DNA of 64,000 nucleotides from Octopus sinensis (taxonomy: Eukaryota). The position numbers and the translations under genes are program-made. Where the stretch lies: positions 93,682,001 to 93,746,000 of the forward strand of contig NC_043004.1 in NCBI RefSeq assembly GCF_006345805.1, in the 5' to 3' direction. The notes beneath the pieces were generated by a model that was not told the origin of the DNA, made no database searches, and was given only the letters and a program-made list of their open reading frames with translations. This document shows positions 22,947 through 36,262 of the stretch, piece after piece (the first letter of the stretch is position 1; every line of letters starts with the position of its first letter).

Positions 22947-22990
<44 letters not shown>

Positions 22991-24275
22991 TCTTTATACT
23001 ATAGGCACAAGGCCAGCAAGTATGGGGAAATGAGCAAGTCAGTTACATTAATCTCAGTACTCGACTAGTACTTTATTTTACTGACCCCTAAAAGATGAAA
23101 GGCCAAAGCTGACCTTGGTGGAATTTGAACTCAGAACGTAAAAATGGAAGAAATGTTGCTAAGCATCTTATTTGGTGTGCTAACGATTCTCTCAGCTCGC
23201 TGCCTTAGTAATAATGATGATGATGATGATGATCCTTTCTACTAAAGGCACAAAGCCTGGGGGGAGGGGACTGGTTGATCATATTGACCCCAGTGGTTCA
23301 CTGGTACTTAATTTATTGACCTCTGAAAGGCAAAGTTGACCTCAACAACATTTGAACGTTGAATGTAAAGCTGAAAGGAATGCTGCTAAGCATTTTGTCT
23401 GGCATAGTATTCTTTCTAATTTTGGCACAAGGCCAGAAATTGTTTTAGGGCAGGAGCAAGTTGATTACATCCACCCTAATACTTGGCAGATACTATATTT
23501 TATTGACCCCACCCAAAAGGGTGAAATACAAATTTGACGCTGGTGGAATTCGAACTCAGAACTTAAAGAAGTACTGCCAAGTTCAACAGCGGTGGTGCCC
23601 CAGCATGGCCGCGGCCTTCGGGCTAAAACATTTTTAAGGATTTATACTAGAAATTCTGCCAGAGCATCACCTTATATAATAAAAATAATAATGATGATGA
23701 TGATGATGATGATAGTAATTTCTAACACAATAATGAAAAGAATTTACAAAGTAAAAAAAAAAAGTTAAAAATAAGTATATAAAAAGATAAAAATAAGTAT
23801 AAATGCCTACATCAAATGGATGATAGCTGTACAAAAGCGCAAAGTATCTGATTAGAGAAATAAATGCTCTGAAAATAATAGTAATTTAGGATGATCATAA
23901 TGGGATGTACAGACAACTACGTGTCCAGAAAGATTGAACACTGACATACATGCATGCACACTGCAAAATTGTGCGTGTGTGTGTGTGTACATATTAATTA
24001 AATAGTGCTAGGTAAAAAAAAAAAAAAAAGAAAACACCATTTGGGCATAGCCGTTGCTAGTACCGTCTAACTGGTCCTCGTGCCAGTGGCACGTAAAAGC
24101 ACCCACTACACTCTCGGAGTGGTTGGCGTTAGGAAGGGCATCCAGCTGTAGAAACTCTGCCAGATCAAGATTGGAGCCAGGTGCAGCCATCTAGTTCGCC
24201 AGTCCTCAGTCAAATCGTCCAACCCATGCTAGCTTGGAAAGCGGACGTTAAACGACGACGATGATGATGTTTGTA

Positions 24276-24655
24276 ACTCTTTCTTTTACTTGCTTCAGTC
24301 ATTTGACTGTGGCCATGCTGGAGCACCGCCTTTAGTCGGGCAAATCGACCCCAGGACTTATTCTTTGTAAGCCCAGTACTTATTCTATCGGTCTCTTTTG
24401 CCAAACCGCTAAGTGACGGGGATGTAAACACACCAGCATCGGTTGTGAAGCAATGCTAGGGGGACAAACACAGACACACAAACATATACACACAAATATA
24501 TATATATATATACATATATACGACGGGCTTCTTTTCAGTTTCCGTCTACCAAATCCACTCACAAGGCATTGGTCAGCTCGGGGCTATAGCAGAAGACACT
24601 TGCCCAAGATGCCACGCAGTGGGACTGAACCCGGAACCATGTGGTCGGTAAACAA
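24276..24655 (-). mobile_element. SINE family A copy
   Basis: Homology to 2666-3077. Confidence 0.87.
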
Positions 24656-24915
24656 ATGGAAGAAATTCTACTCAGTATATAAGGCAGAGTGTGTGCATAC
24701 ATACATATTATATACACTTACATATATATAGATATGCATACACACACACATAAACACAGAGTAACCTTATGCATTGCAAGCTGATTACACACCTAATTAA
24801 AATGTTACATATTTTGATTGTGTAAGATTAGGAAAAATGTTTACAAGTGTTTAGTTAAATCTAAAAAGAAATATTCTAAACTGACACTAACAATGATTGG
24901 ATCATAATTTTCAAT

Positions 24916-25318
24916 TCTTTTTCTTTTATTCTTTTATTTGTTTCAGTCATTTGACTGCGGCCATGCTGGAGCACCACCTTTAGTCGAGCAAATCGACCCC
25001 AGGAATTATTCTTTGTAAGCCTAGTACTTATTCTATCAGTCTGTTTTGTCAAACTGCTAGGTTAATGGGGAACGTAAACACACCAGCATCGGTTGTCAAG
25101 CGATGTTGGGGGGACAAACACAGACACACAAACACATGCACACACACACACACACACACATACGACGGGCTTCTTTCAGTTTCTGTCTACCAAATCCACT
25201 CACAAAGCTTTGGTCAGCCCGAGGCTATAGCAGAAGACGCTTGCCCAAGATGCCACGCAGTCGGACTCAACCCGGAACCCTGTGGTTGGTAAGCAAGCTA
25301 CTTACCACAAAGCCACTC
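24916..25318 (-). mobile_element. SINE family A copy
   Basis: Homology to 2666-3077. Confidence 0.87.
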
Positions 25319-25789
25319 ACGTGAAAAATAGTTAAATTTTAATCCTTTACCTTTTAAACCAGGTGTATCCAGCCCAAATATTCTACTTGCTTTATGCTCA
25401 AACCGGACAAATCTGGCCCCTCACACCTACCCTACATTGTTATTCTAAAGACAGTCAATCACATCATTGAAATTTCAAAGCTGTGAGAGAAAACAATGTG
25501 AATAGATAAGCATTGCATTTGACAAAGTAATCTAAGTGTCAAAGAGTTAAGATACTCAAGTTTCTCCATCCACAGAACGAAATCTCATACAGTACTGGCA
25601 GAGAACATCTCTACTGGTGGCATGATACAATGCACCCATTCCATGTTGTAAAGTACTTGGTGATAAGAAGGGCAACTAGATATAAAAATCATGAAAGAGA
25701 AAAAAATTGATATGGAGCATACACAGCCTCTACAAATTACAAGGCAATTCATGTAGAATAGCATTAACTCTAACTAAAAATGGCTAAAT

Positions 25790-26179
25790 GGGACTGGCAC
25801 CCGGCAGATGCCAGGACCCCTGGACTGGTGGTACGTAAAAAGCACTATCCGAATCGTGGCCGATGCCAGCGCCGCCTCGACTGGCTTCCGTGCCGGTGGC
25901 ACGTAAAAAGCACCATCCGAATCGTGGCCGAAGCCAGTGGCACGTAAAATGCATCAATCCGACCGTGGCCGTTGCCAGCCTCGCCTGGCACCTGTGCGGG
26001 CGGCACGTAAAAAGCACCCACTGCACTCACGGAGTGGTTGGCGTTAGGAAGGGCATCCAGCTGTAGAAACACTGCCAGATCAGACTGGAACCTGGTGCAG
26101 CCTCCTGGCTTCCCAGATCTCCGGTCGAACCGTCCAACCCATGCTAGCATGGAGAACGGACGTTAAACGATGATGATGA
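25790..26179 (+). mobile_element. RTE 3'-UTR/tail copy; a shorter variant copy lies at about 24040-24268
   Basis: Same family; includes the ctggtggtacgtaaaaagcactatccg unit seen in the long LINE repeat. Confidence 0.88.
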
Positions 26180-26418
26180 AATAGGAGATAACAGATATTA
26201 ATATTTAACTTGAAACTATGGCAGTCACTTATTGATAGAGAAGGAGGGAAGTAAAGGCACAGAAGATGTCCTGGTAGGGATGAAGTCCAAAGGTGGAAGG
26301 GAAGTGATAATAGATAATTGAATAACTCTGTTATGGAGATTACTAGTCAATAGAATTCAAAGTTCTGGAACTCGCGAGAACTTTCACAAGACGTCTCGAT
26401 TTTTCATTTATGTTATTA

Positions 26419-26814
26419 CTAGCAGTATTGCCCGGCGTTGCTCGGGTTTGTAAGGGAAATAACTATATAAGCATTTTTAGAGATGTAAAGTATAATAGCC
26501 ATCTCAATATGGCTAACCACAAAGGGGGGGTGTTACTGTAGCTTTTTACGTTCTGAGATTTAATAATAAATTTTTAGAGAGTTACTTCCCTTATATATGC
26601 CAAAAATGCATTAAAAATGGGAAAAATTGATGGTAAATTTTTTTTTAAATCGTAGACTCATCGTAGATGCGCGCTAATACCTAGAAGGGCTCGATATGAA
26701 TCACGACTATAAGATACCCGGTTTTGGTTAAACTGCACCGCAAAATGTGGGAGTAGTTAGGAATCTAAATCGTAGGAGACAGACAGCACACAACCTCACT
26801 TTTATATATAAAGA
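26419..26814 (-). mobile_element. Non-autonomous Helitron
   Basis: Minus strand: A|TCTTTATATATAAAAG ... CCCG-AGCAACGC-CGGG hairpin, 8 nt, CTAG|T. Canonical TC/CTAG ends at an AT target. Confidence 0.85.
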
Positions 26815-27353
26815 TTACTGTCTTGAGTTTTACAGTTAGAATAAACAGACTTCACACCTATTTGGAGTACCACTGTGTTTTCTTCTTCGCAGGTAAATGA
26901 GAGAAGTATATTGAACCACAGACAACACACCTATCTGGATTATTGCTCTATTCTTTGTAAGTAAACAAGAGAAATATAACAAATTGGTGTTGCCAATAGG
27001 ATACTGTTATCATTTTTGTGAAATAGACTTCTTACAATAGGATAAGAAAGACTATTCTTGCAGAGTGGACATTTTACCTCAATACTCAGATATAATTATG
27101 TAATAGTAATGCAATGAGGGGTATTCAACTTATTTAATCCTCAGGCAGAGATTACTTTAATTAATCGTTAAATAAAAGTTATATTGTCACTTGAAATTTC
27201 CAAGTTAACTCATGACAGTGGGGAATTGTTCCTTAATGTACACTGTCTACTTTTTGTTCTTTATACCTGCCATGCACTGCTTGAAGCTTATAAGCTTCCT
27301 ACACTCAGATCCTTGGATCTTACCCTTGTATATATATTTATATATATGTGTGT

Positions 27354-27393
<40 letters not shown>

Positions 27394-27456
27394 ATGCGTG
27401 CACATAGAGACACCTATACATGTATTATCTCTGAGTTGGTTTCCTTGTTAAATACC

Positions 27457-27687
27457 TATTTCTTTACTACCCACAAGGGGCTAAACACAGAGAGGACAAA
27501 CAAGGACAGACAAACGGATTAAGTCGATTATATCGACCCCAGTGCATAACTGGTACTTATTTAATCGACCCCAAAAGAATGAAAGGCAAAGTCGACCTCG
27601 GCAGAATTTGAACTCAGAATGCAATGGCAGACGAAATACGGCTACGCATTTCGCCCGGCTTGATAACGCTTCTGCCAGCTCGCCGCC
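27457..27687 (-). mobile_element. SINE family C with a 9-bp TSD
   Basis: TSD ttaaatacc at 27448-27456 and 27688-27696. Confidence 0.87.
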
Positions 27688-28321
27688 TTAAATACCAGCT
27701 GACAAGAACTGTGGTCAACTATGATTGGCTATATACCTGAATGTACTGTCCCAGTATGGCCACAGTCTAATGAGTGAAAACATGAAGAAAATAGAAAAAA
27801 GTGTTTGTTAAAATTTTCCCTTTTTTTTGTTTCTAATTCTTGCGAAGTAAGTTTCATAGCAAAACCTCTTTAATAACCAATAAAAAAGACACTTCTATTG
27901 TTAAGCAGATCGGTTTACAGCTAAACTGCAGACACATAACACTGAAAGGATATCATAGCTTGGGAAAATTTATATAACACAGTGATTGTAGTACCAACAG
28001 AGTATATCCCTGATAATGGTAACAGTGAAACAGTAAAATAATATTTAGTTTGAAGAGATATTTTATGTCAGACTTATCACCGAATGAGTGTGTGCAGTGA
28101 TGTGCATGTGTACACACACACTTAGTTATACATCCACACACACACATATACATATATATATACATATATAGATGCATTCAAACAGCAGATCGTCCAGGGA
28201 AGAGGAAGTGTGTACTCAATACATGGTATAGAGTATATCACTTAGTAAAACAGATTCCCTATAACTTAGTGGTTTGGTAAAAGAGACAAATAAAATAAGT
28301 ACCAGACTTAAAATAAAAAAA

Positions 28322-28448
28322 GTAAGTACTAGGGGTCAATTCATGTGACTAAAATTCTCCAAGGCGGTACCCCAGCATGGCCGCAGTCTAGTGAGTGAAA
28401 CGAGTAAAAGGTAAAAGATAAAAGAATTGTCTTTCTCACATGCATAAC

Positions 28449-28511
<63 letters not shown>

Positions 28512-28806
28512 TGCACACACACAAGAAGTGAAATGAAGACAAAAATTAGAAAATGCTATTTAAAAGTAACATAAAAAGCAGAAAAGGAAGCAAATCTACC
28601 CCCAAAATAAGAGAAAAAAAAAAGGAAAAAACGTAAGTACTAGGGGTCAATTCATGTGACTAAAATTCTTCAAGGTGGTACCCCAGCATGGCCGCAGTCC
28701 AGTGGGTGAAACAAGTAAAAGATAAAAGAATTGTCTTTCTCACATGCATAACAATTATATATATACATATAAATATATATATATATATATATACATATAC
28801 ATACAT

Positions 28807-28842
<36 letters not shown>

Positions 28843-28952
28843 GAAGTGAAATGAAGACAAAAATTAGAAAATGTTATTTAAAAGTAACATAAAAAGCAGA
28901 AAAGGAAGCAAATCTACCCCCAAAATAAGAGAGAAGAAGAAAAAGGAAAACG
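28322..28952 (+). repeat. Direct tandem duplication of about 310 bp
   Basis: gtaagtactaggggtcaattcatgtgactaaaattc ... aaatctaccccaaaataagaga repeated; copies start near 28322 and 28633. Confidence 0.92.
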
Positions 28953-29306
28953 TGGAGAGGGGGAAGAAATAACAGCTGGTGATTATTTCAAGTCAGGTTT
29001 ATAGAACACAGTAAAAAGTTTCTCTCAGAGAACTGAAGAAATGAGTCATAGTCATTGAGGTTGAATATGTAGAAATGGAAAGAGAGAAGAAAATAAGAGA
29101 GGATAAAAAAAAAGGGTGGGGGAGGGGGTATGAGGGGTAAAAATACACATGAAATGTTAGACTTTTGAAGTTAGTCTAACTTCCTTTTTGATGAAATGTA
29201 ATAGAGAAGATACTAAAACTCTGAAATTTACTTCGGAATGTACGATGTATTTGAAAAGGTTAAATATTAACTGAAGATGTGCATCAATAGCAGAATCAAC
29301 TAGTTC

Positions 29307-29345
<39 letters not shown>

Positions 29346-30042
29346 ATATGTATGTGCATGTAATTGAGATTTACATACACACACACACATAACGAAAAAT
29401 AAGCCAAGAGAAATAACTCAGTAGCCAGTGACATGATATGAAAGCCAAGATGAATAAAGGTATATTAAGGACTATACAAATTATTATTCTGAAAACACAT
29501 GAAAATAAATAGCAGTTTTTCAGTAGTTTTATGTAGTTAAATAGCTAAAATGGCTCTTCCATAGTCCTTTCTATTATAGGCACAAAGCCTAAAATTATGG
29601 GGGAGTGGGCTAGTTGATTACATCATCCTTAGTACTTAACTAGTACTTATTTCATTGATTCTGGAAGGATGAAATGCAAAGTTGATCTTGGCAGAATTTG
29701 AACTCAGACAAAATGTTACTAATCATTCTGCCCAGCATGCTAACAATTCTGCCAGCTCACAGCCTTTAGCTCTTCTGTAAAATAATTGCTTAAGTTCTAA
29801 CACACAACCTCAGATTAGGTCATTTGCCAAACTAGTACATCTCTGAAAAATAGGCAACGCTCACTTACTTTATTAATGTTAGAAAGATAAAAGGTAAAAT
29901 CAAGCTCTGCAGGAATTCAAAATATAAAGGGGTCTTAACCATCAAATACTGAATTTTTGTCCTTACCTGATGGTCTATGAATTCTACCCTCCACAACTCA
30001 TAAATGTACCTGCATCTCTTGATCTATCTAGTTTCATCAACC

Positions 30043-30250
30043 TCATCATCTTCGTTTAGCATCCGCTTTCCATGCTAGCATGGGTTGGACGGTTCAACTG
30101 GGGTCTGGGAAGCCAGAAGGCTGCACCAGGCCCAGTCTGATCTGGCAATGATTCTATGGCTGGATGCCCTTCCTAACGCCAACCACTCCGTGAGTGTAGT
30201 GGGTGCTTTTTACGTGCCACCAGCACAGGTGCCAGACGAGGCTGGCAAGT
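30043..30250 (-). mobile_element. RTE tail copy
   Basis: Same family, reverse orientation. Confidence 0.88.
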
Positions 30251-31991
30251 TCCTGATAATTTTTTCTTTTTCACTTGACACCAAATGTTTTCCACTGTTT
30301 TAATTTCATTGCCATATTTCTATGTTTAAAATCTCTTCAATTGTATTTTTAGTTATTGGAATACAGACACTTTATTTTACATTGTTCCAGTTCACTCAAC
30401 TGTAGAAATGAGTTGTGACATCACTGGTGCGAAACTGTATCAGCCTTTGCCTTTCCCTTGGATAACATCAGGTGTGTGGAGAGGGAAAGCTAGTATGCAT
30501 GGATGACAGCTGGTCTTTCATAAAACAACCTTGCTTGGACTTGTGCCTCGGAGAGGAACTTTCTAGGTGTAATCCCATGGTCATTCATGACTGAAGGGCA
30601 TCTTTATTTTTCTTTTCTTATTTTATTGGAACTCAAAGCATGGGTGTTCTCAGTTTGATTCCTGTCAGAAATTTTGTGCAAATTAAGCTAACTCTACTTT
30701 CAGTTTTTCAAATTTACTTTTCCTTGTTTTACAAACAATAATCCTAGATGTCGAGACTCTTGTGGTTGTTTGGATGATTTGAGAAAGAATTTTAAAGATT
30801 TGATACTAACACAAAATAGTTTAATCTATAGTAGATGAAGAACCTGTGTGTAGCCACAGAAACATGCTTTATTGTCTATAAACTATTTGGTATTGATCAC
30901 TTGTATTGACGGCATATACAAATCTACATATCAAACAAGCTATATGTGTGAACTACTATTTGAAATCTATATCTAAAGGTTTTGCACAGCTAGTTTTATC
31001 CTGGTAATTTTCAATGGCTAAATAGTAAACCATAATAACCACTAATTGAAAAAAATTTGGCTTAGTGCATCACTTATGATGAAAATTGTCATAAACAGTA
31101 TCCCTTTATAAATTTCATTATAAGAAATTACAAGAATTTGGCAAATGAAAATGAATTAAAACCTTCTGTTTATAATTAGGGCGATGTGAATAAGAAAATA
31201 AATATCTCTTAATAGTGACACCCTGGCTAGAAATGAGCTCTGTGTTTTTTTCTATTGATTTTCTAAATAAGTGGTGTGAGAACTGGATTGTAATGTCCAG
31301 TTCATGATGACATGTAGCTTTGTGTTTGTCTCCAATGAATAGCACCTTGGACAACTGTCTTTTACAATGGAAAGGTTGATTAATGCATAGAATTTGGCAG
31401 ACAGAAAGCCTCTGTGTGCGTGTGTGAGTGAGTGAGTGAAGATATATATTTTGGCAGTGTATATTGCTGAGAGATTTAAACCTTACAATAACTTGCTTTT
31501 TCACTCTCACCATCAGAAATATAGGAACCCAGTGATTGGCCCACTGGAAGCCAGTAACCAATAACACTTATTGTTTACTAACTGTGATAGAAAAACAGGG
31601 AAGAGTACGGTCAATTCAAATGACTACCTACACTTGTCTGGAACATATCTGACGTCATATGAAATTGAAACCACATAGTTGACCTCAGAACGTAAAAGAT
31701 TACAAGAAATCACAAGGAATTAGTCTACCGGTTCCTAGTGAGCTATATGTACTCAAATTATCGAATAGGTACACTATATCCATAAGGGACTAAAAGGGCT
31801 GGTGACAGGAAGGGCACCTGGCTATAAAACACTGCCTAAGAAAAAACATCCAACCCAAGCCAGAACCAAAACACAGACATAAAATGCTGCAGAAGATGAT
31901 TTCTCTTTTCTAATGATCTTTTTTCTCTCCAGTCCAAAAGCAAATTAATCTTGTTGTCTAAAGGGCAATTTATAAAATAATTTGCTTAATT

Positions 31992-32245
31992 GCAAACAGA
32001 ATTGCTGAAGCATGGAATACAATACCTGCATCAGTTGTTACCTGCCGGGACACTACATCCTTCAAAACTTCCATGCTTCCTGAAATTTGCCAACAATACA
32101 CTTGATGCCCACCAACCACCATTTTTTTTAAAGACTTATACACAGTTCACTTCCTGTGCATATTCTATGTACTGTTCATGCAGTCTTGGTTATTTTTTCT
32201 GATGAGTTGTAGCACTGACTACAATAAGTTCATTATATCTACATA
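31992..32245 (+). mobile_element. CR1/L2-like LINE 3' end
   Basis: ANRIAEAWNTIPASVVTCRDTTSFKTSM...stop at 32105 resembles the CR1 C-terminal R....WN.LP..VV......FK motif. A TTGTAG-cactga-CTACAA stem-loop follows at about 32205-32222. Confidence 0.55.
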
Positions 32246-32414
32246 TATATATATGACACCAAGTAATACGGACCACTCAAAAGCAATGCTACTTAGAGTG
32301 ACCACATTTGATAACTTGTATTTTGTATCTATATATATATAGAGATGTACTTGCATAGCAAGTGACTTGATCTGAGATCATGTGCTGCGATTGTATATAT
32401 ATATATATATATAT

Positions 32415-32621
32415 TTTCTTTTATTTTATTTGTTTCAGTTGTTTGACTATAGCCATGCTGGAACTCCACCTTTAGTCGAACAAACTGACCCCAGGATTCA
32501 TTCTTTGTAAGCCTAGTACTTATTCTATCATTCTCTTTTGCTGAACTGCTAAGTTACGGGGATGTAAACACACCAACATTGGTTGTCAAGCAGCAATGTT
32601 GGGGGGACAAACACAGACACA
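32415..32621 (-). mobile_element. SINE family A 3' half, split by the RTE LINE; the 5' half resumes at about 36265-36421
   Basis: The two halves are collinear and join at the internal microsatellite. Confidence 0.85.
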
Positions 32622-35600
32622 ATGGGCAGGTGATTTCAATGGGCATGTTGGACGACATGCTGGGGGCTTCCATGGCGTACATGGAGGCTACGGTTATGGT
32701 TCCCGCAACGAGGAGGGAACCAGGCTGCTGGAGTTCTGCGATGCGAATAGTCTTATGGTCTGCAAAACACTAACTTCAGGAAACCAACAAGCCACCTGGT
32801 CACCTACCGATCGGGCCGGCATACTAGCCAAATCGACTACATCCTTGCCAGAAAAAGGGAAAGATGGCTGCTTAAAAATGCCAAAACCTTCCCAGGCGAA
32901 GAATGCACCCCACAACATAGACTGGTAGTTAGTGACTTTAGGATCAGGACTAAGAGGGCGACTAGAAGACGACCAACATGGAGAAGAAGGGTCTGGAAGC
33001 TTAAAGCCCCTGCGAATGGACAGAGATTTAGAGATATGTTACTTGAAGCCTTTGACGAAGTGAAGGGGGTATAGCTACACATGGGGTAGAAGACAACTGG
33101 ACGTTTCTGAGGGACAACCTGCTGAAAGCCGCTGACCAGATCTGTGGCTGGTGCAAAGTCCCCTTAAGACCCAAAATAACGTGGTGGGAACAATATTGTT
33201 GACAGGGCTATTAGACAAAAGAAACAGGCTTGGAAGGCCTGGAAGAACGGTGGTAGCAGGTAGCAGGGGGTATCAGACTGCCAGAAGGGAAGCTAGGAGA
33301 CAGGTCTATCTAGCCAGAGGGGAAGCAGATAAGAGAAAATTGCCAATGTCCTGCGCCGTGAGGATGAAAGACTTGAGGTATTTCGTGTTGCAAGACAGTG
33401 TGTGAGAGAGAATCGTGATGTGGTAGGAGAGAAATGTGTTCGCATGGAGGATGGTTCACTTGCGCTAAATGAGGATGCAAAGAGAGAAGCTTGGAGACGC
33501 CACTATGAAAGGTTACTGAATGAGGAAAATGAATGGGATAAAGAGAGTCTGCCGAATGTTGACCCTACAGAGGGACCAGCTATCCGAGTTGATAGTTCCG
33601 TGGTAGCTAAGGCAATTAGAAGCATGAAGACAGGGAAAGCCCCAGGCCCATCAGGAATTACTGCAGAGATGCTCAAAATATCTGGCAGTGTCGGCTATAA
33701 CCTAGTCACCCGTATAGTCAACCAGGTGATACACGAAGGAGTCATACCCAATGACTGGTGCAGCAGCATACTAGTCAACTGCTACAAAGGTAAAGGTGAT
33801 GCCCTAGATACAAATAATTACAGAGGTATCAAGCTGTTGGATCAAGTAATGAAGGTTACGGAGAGGGTCATAGCCCAACTAATCAGAGAGAGAGTTAGTT
33901 TAGATGAGATGCAGTTTGGGTTCGTGCCAGGAAAAAGTACCACTGATGCTATATTCCTGGTAAGGCAGCTGCAGGAGAAATACCTAGCCAAAGATAAGCC
34001 CCTGTACCTGGCTTTCGTTGACATGGAGAAAGCTTTTGATAGGGTCCCCCGATCCCTTATCTGGTGGTCAATGAGGAAACTAGGGATAGATGAATGGCTG
34101 GTGAGGACTGTGCAAGCCATGTACAGAGATGCCGTAAGTAAGGTCAGGGTTGGCAACATGTACACAGAAGAATTCAAAGTAGAGGTTGGGGTCCACCAGG
34201 GTTCAGTACTCAGCCCCCTCCTATTTATCATAGTACTCCAGGCAATTACGGAGGAATTCAAGACAGGCTGTCCCTGGGAGCTCCTCTACGCTGACGACCT
34301 TGCTCTTATTGCTGAGTCACTATCAGAACTGGAGGAGAGGAGTTCCAGGTGTGGAAGGAGGGTTTAGAATCAAGGGGCCTTAGAGTCAACCTAGCTAAAA
34401 CCAAAGTACTAATAAGTAGAAAGGTAGACAATCCACAAATATCTTCAGGAAGATGGCCCTGCTCGATCTGTAGAAAAGGTGTAGGTAGAAACTCTATAAG
34501 ATGTACCCAGTGTAAGCTATGGACACATAAGAGGTGCAGCAATGTCAAAGGTAGGCTAACTGGAAGATAGTTTTTGTATGTGGCAGATGCTCGGGAGCAT
34601 TAACCTCCGAAAATCTGCAGAAAACAACTTCCGTCACTTTCCAGGGGGAAAAAACTAGAAGTAGTTGATAGCTTCCGTTATCTAGGTGACCAAGTCAGTA
34701 GTGGGGGTGGGTGCGCTGAAAGTGTAACTGCTAGAATAAGAATAGCCTGGGCAAAGTTTAGGGAGCTCTTACCTCTGCTGGTGACTAAAGGCCTCTCGCT
34801 CAGAGTAAAAGGCAGACTGTATGATGCGTGTGTACGAACAGCCATGCTACATGGCAGCGAAACATGGGCTGTGACTGCTGAGGACATGCGTAAGCTCGTG
34901 AGGAATGAAGCCAGTATGCTCCGATGGATGTGTAATGTCAGTGTACATACTCGACAGAGCGTTAGCACCTTGAGAGAAATGTTGTACCTAAGAAGCATCA
35001 GTTGTGGTGTGCAAGAGAGACGATTGCGCTGGTATGGTCATGTGGCGAGAATGGATGAAGATAGGTGTGTGAGAAAGTGCCAATCCCTAGCAGTTGAGGG
35101 AACCCGTGGAAGAGGTAGACCCAGGAAAACCTGGGACGAGGTGGTGAAGCACGACCTTCGAACTTTAGGCCTCACTGAGGAAATGACCAGAGACCGAGAC
35201 CTTTGGAAATCTTCTGTACGTGAGAAGACCAGGCAGGACAAGTGAGCCCAGCCCACTTATGAATGCCTTTCCTCCTTGGACACAAAGACCGGTTGAGGCA
35301 AGCGAAGTCGATATAGAACCTCATCCGACGACAGACACCCATCCCAACCCCCCATGCTTGCGAAGACATGTTGGGGCAAGCGAAATCGAAACCGAATTGA
35401 ACCAGCCAGGATCCCTGGCCTGGTGGTACGTAAAAAGCACTATCCGACTCGGGGCCGTGGCACGTAAAATACTCCAATGCGACCGTACGACAGGCACCCA
35501 TGCCAACCCCCTTTGCTTGTGAAGACATGTTGGGGCAAGCGAAATCGAAATCGAATTGAACCAGCCAGGATCCCTGGTCTGGTGGTACGTAAAAAGCACT

Positions 35601-36051
35601 ATCCGACTCGTGGCTGTGGCACGTAAAATACTCCAATGCGACCGTACGACAGGCACCCTTGCCAACCCCCTTGCTTGTGAAGACATGTTGGGGCAAGCGA
35701 AATCGAAATCGAATTGAACCAGCCAGGATCCCTGGTCTGGTGGTACGTAAAAAGCACTATCCGACTCGTGGCCGATGCCAGCACCGCCTCGACTGGCTTC
35801 CGTGCCGGTGGCACATAAAATACACCAATCTGACCGTGGCCGTTGCCAGCCCCGCCTGGCACCTGTGCAGGTGCACGTAAAAAGCACCCACTACACTCAC
35901 GGAGTGGTTGGCGTTAGGAAGGGCATCCAGTGTAGTAGAAACATTGCCAAATTAGACTGGAGCCTGGTGCAGCCTTCTGGCTTCCCAGAACCCCGGTCGA
36001 ACCGTCCAACCATGCTAGCATGGAGAACGGACGTTAAACGACGATGATGAT
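32622..36051 (+). mobile_element. 5'-truncated RTE-clade LINE (partial APE, RT, C-terminus, 3' UTR, (GAT)n tail); frameshifted and dead
   Basis: APE motifs GDFNGHVG and SQIDYIL-like; RT motifs DMEKAFDRVPR, GVHQGSVLSPLLF, YADD, FRYLG; C-terminal GRPRKTW. Several frameshifts and stops; ORF2 ends at 35245. Inserted into the microsatellite of a minus-strand SINE. Confidence 0.95.
35356..35770 (+). repeat. About 2.6 tandem copies of a 158-159-nt unit in the RTE 3' UTR
   Basis: gcttg(c/t)gaagacatgttggggcaagcgaaatcg recurs at 35356, 35515 and 35673. Confidence 0.9.
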
Positions 36052-36067
36052 ATATATAATATATATA

Positions 36068-36098
<31 letters not shown>

Positions 36099-36262
36099 AT
36101 AGTATTATAATTGTAATATAGCCTTCGTATATATAATATATATATATTATATAATATATATATATGTCTCAAATAATATTTTATATATATTATATAATAT
36201 ATATATATATATGTATATGTTTATATATATATATTATATATATATATATATAATATATTATT
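36052..36262. repeat. Long degenerate (AT)n tract after the RTE tail
   Basis: Direct reading. Confidence 0.9.

Noticed and set aside
31118-31567. 149-codon minus-strand ORF in unique DNA, with two CCAAT words near 31535-31563
   Set aside because: Non-ATG start, crosses a microsatellite, no recognisable homology and no phase-compatible donor. Kept only as a candidate regulatory island.
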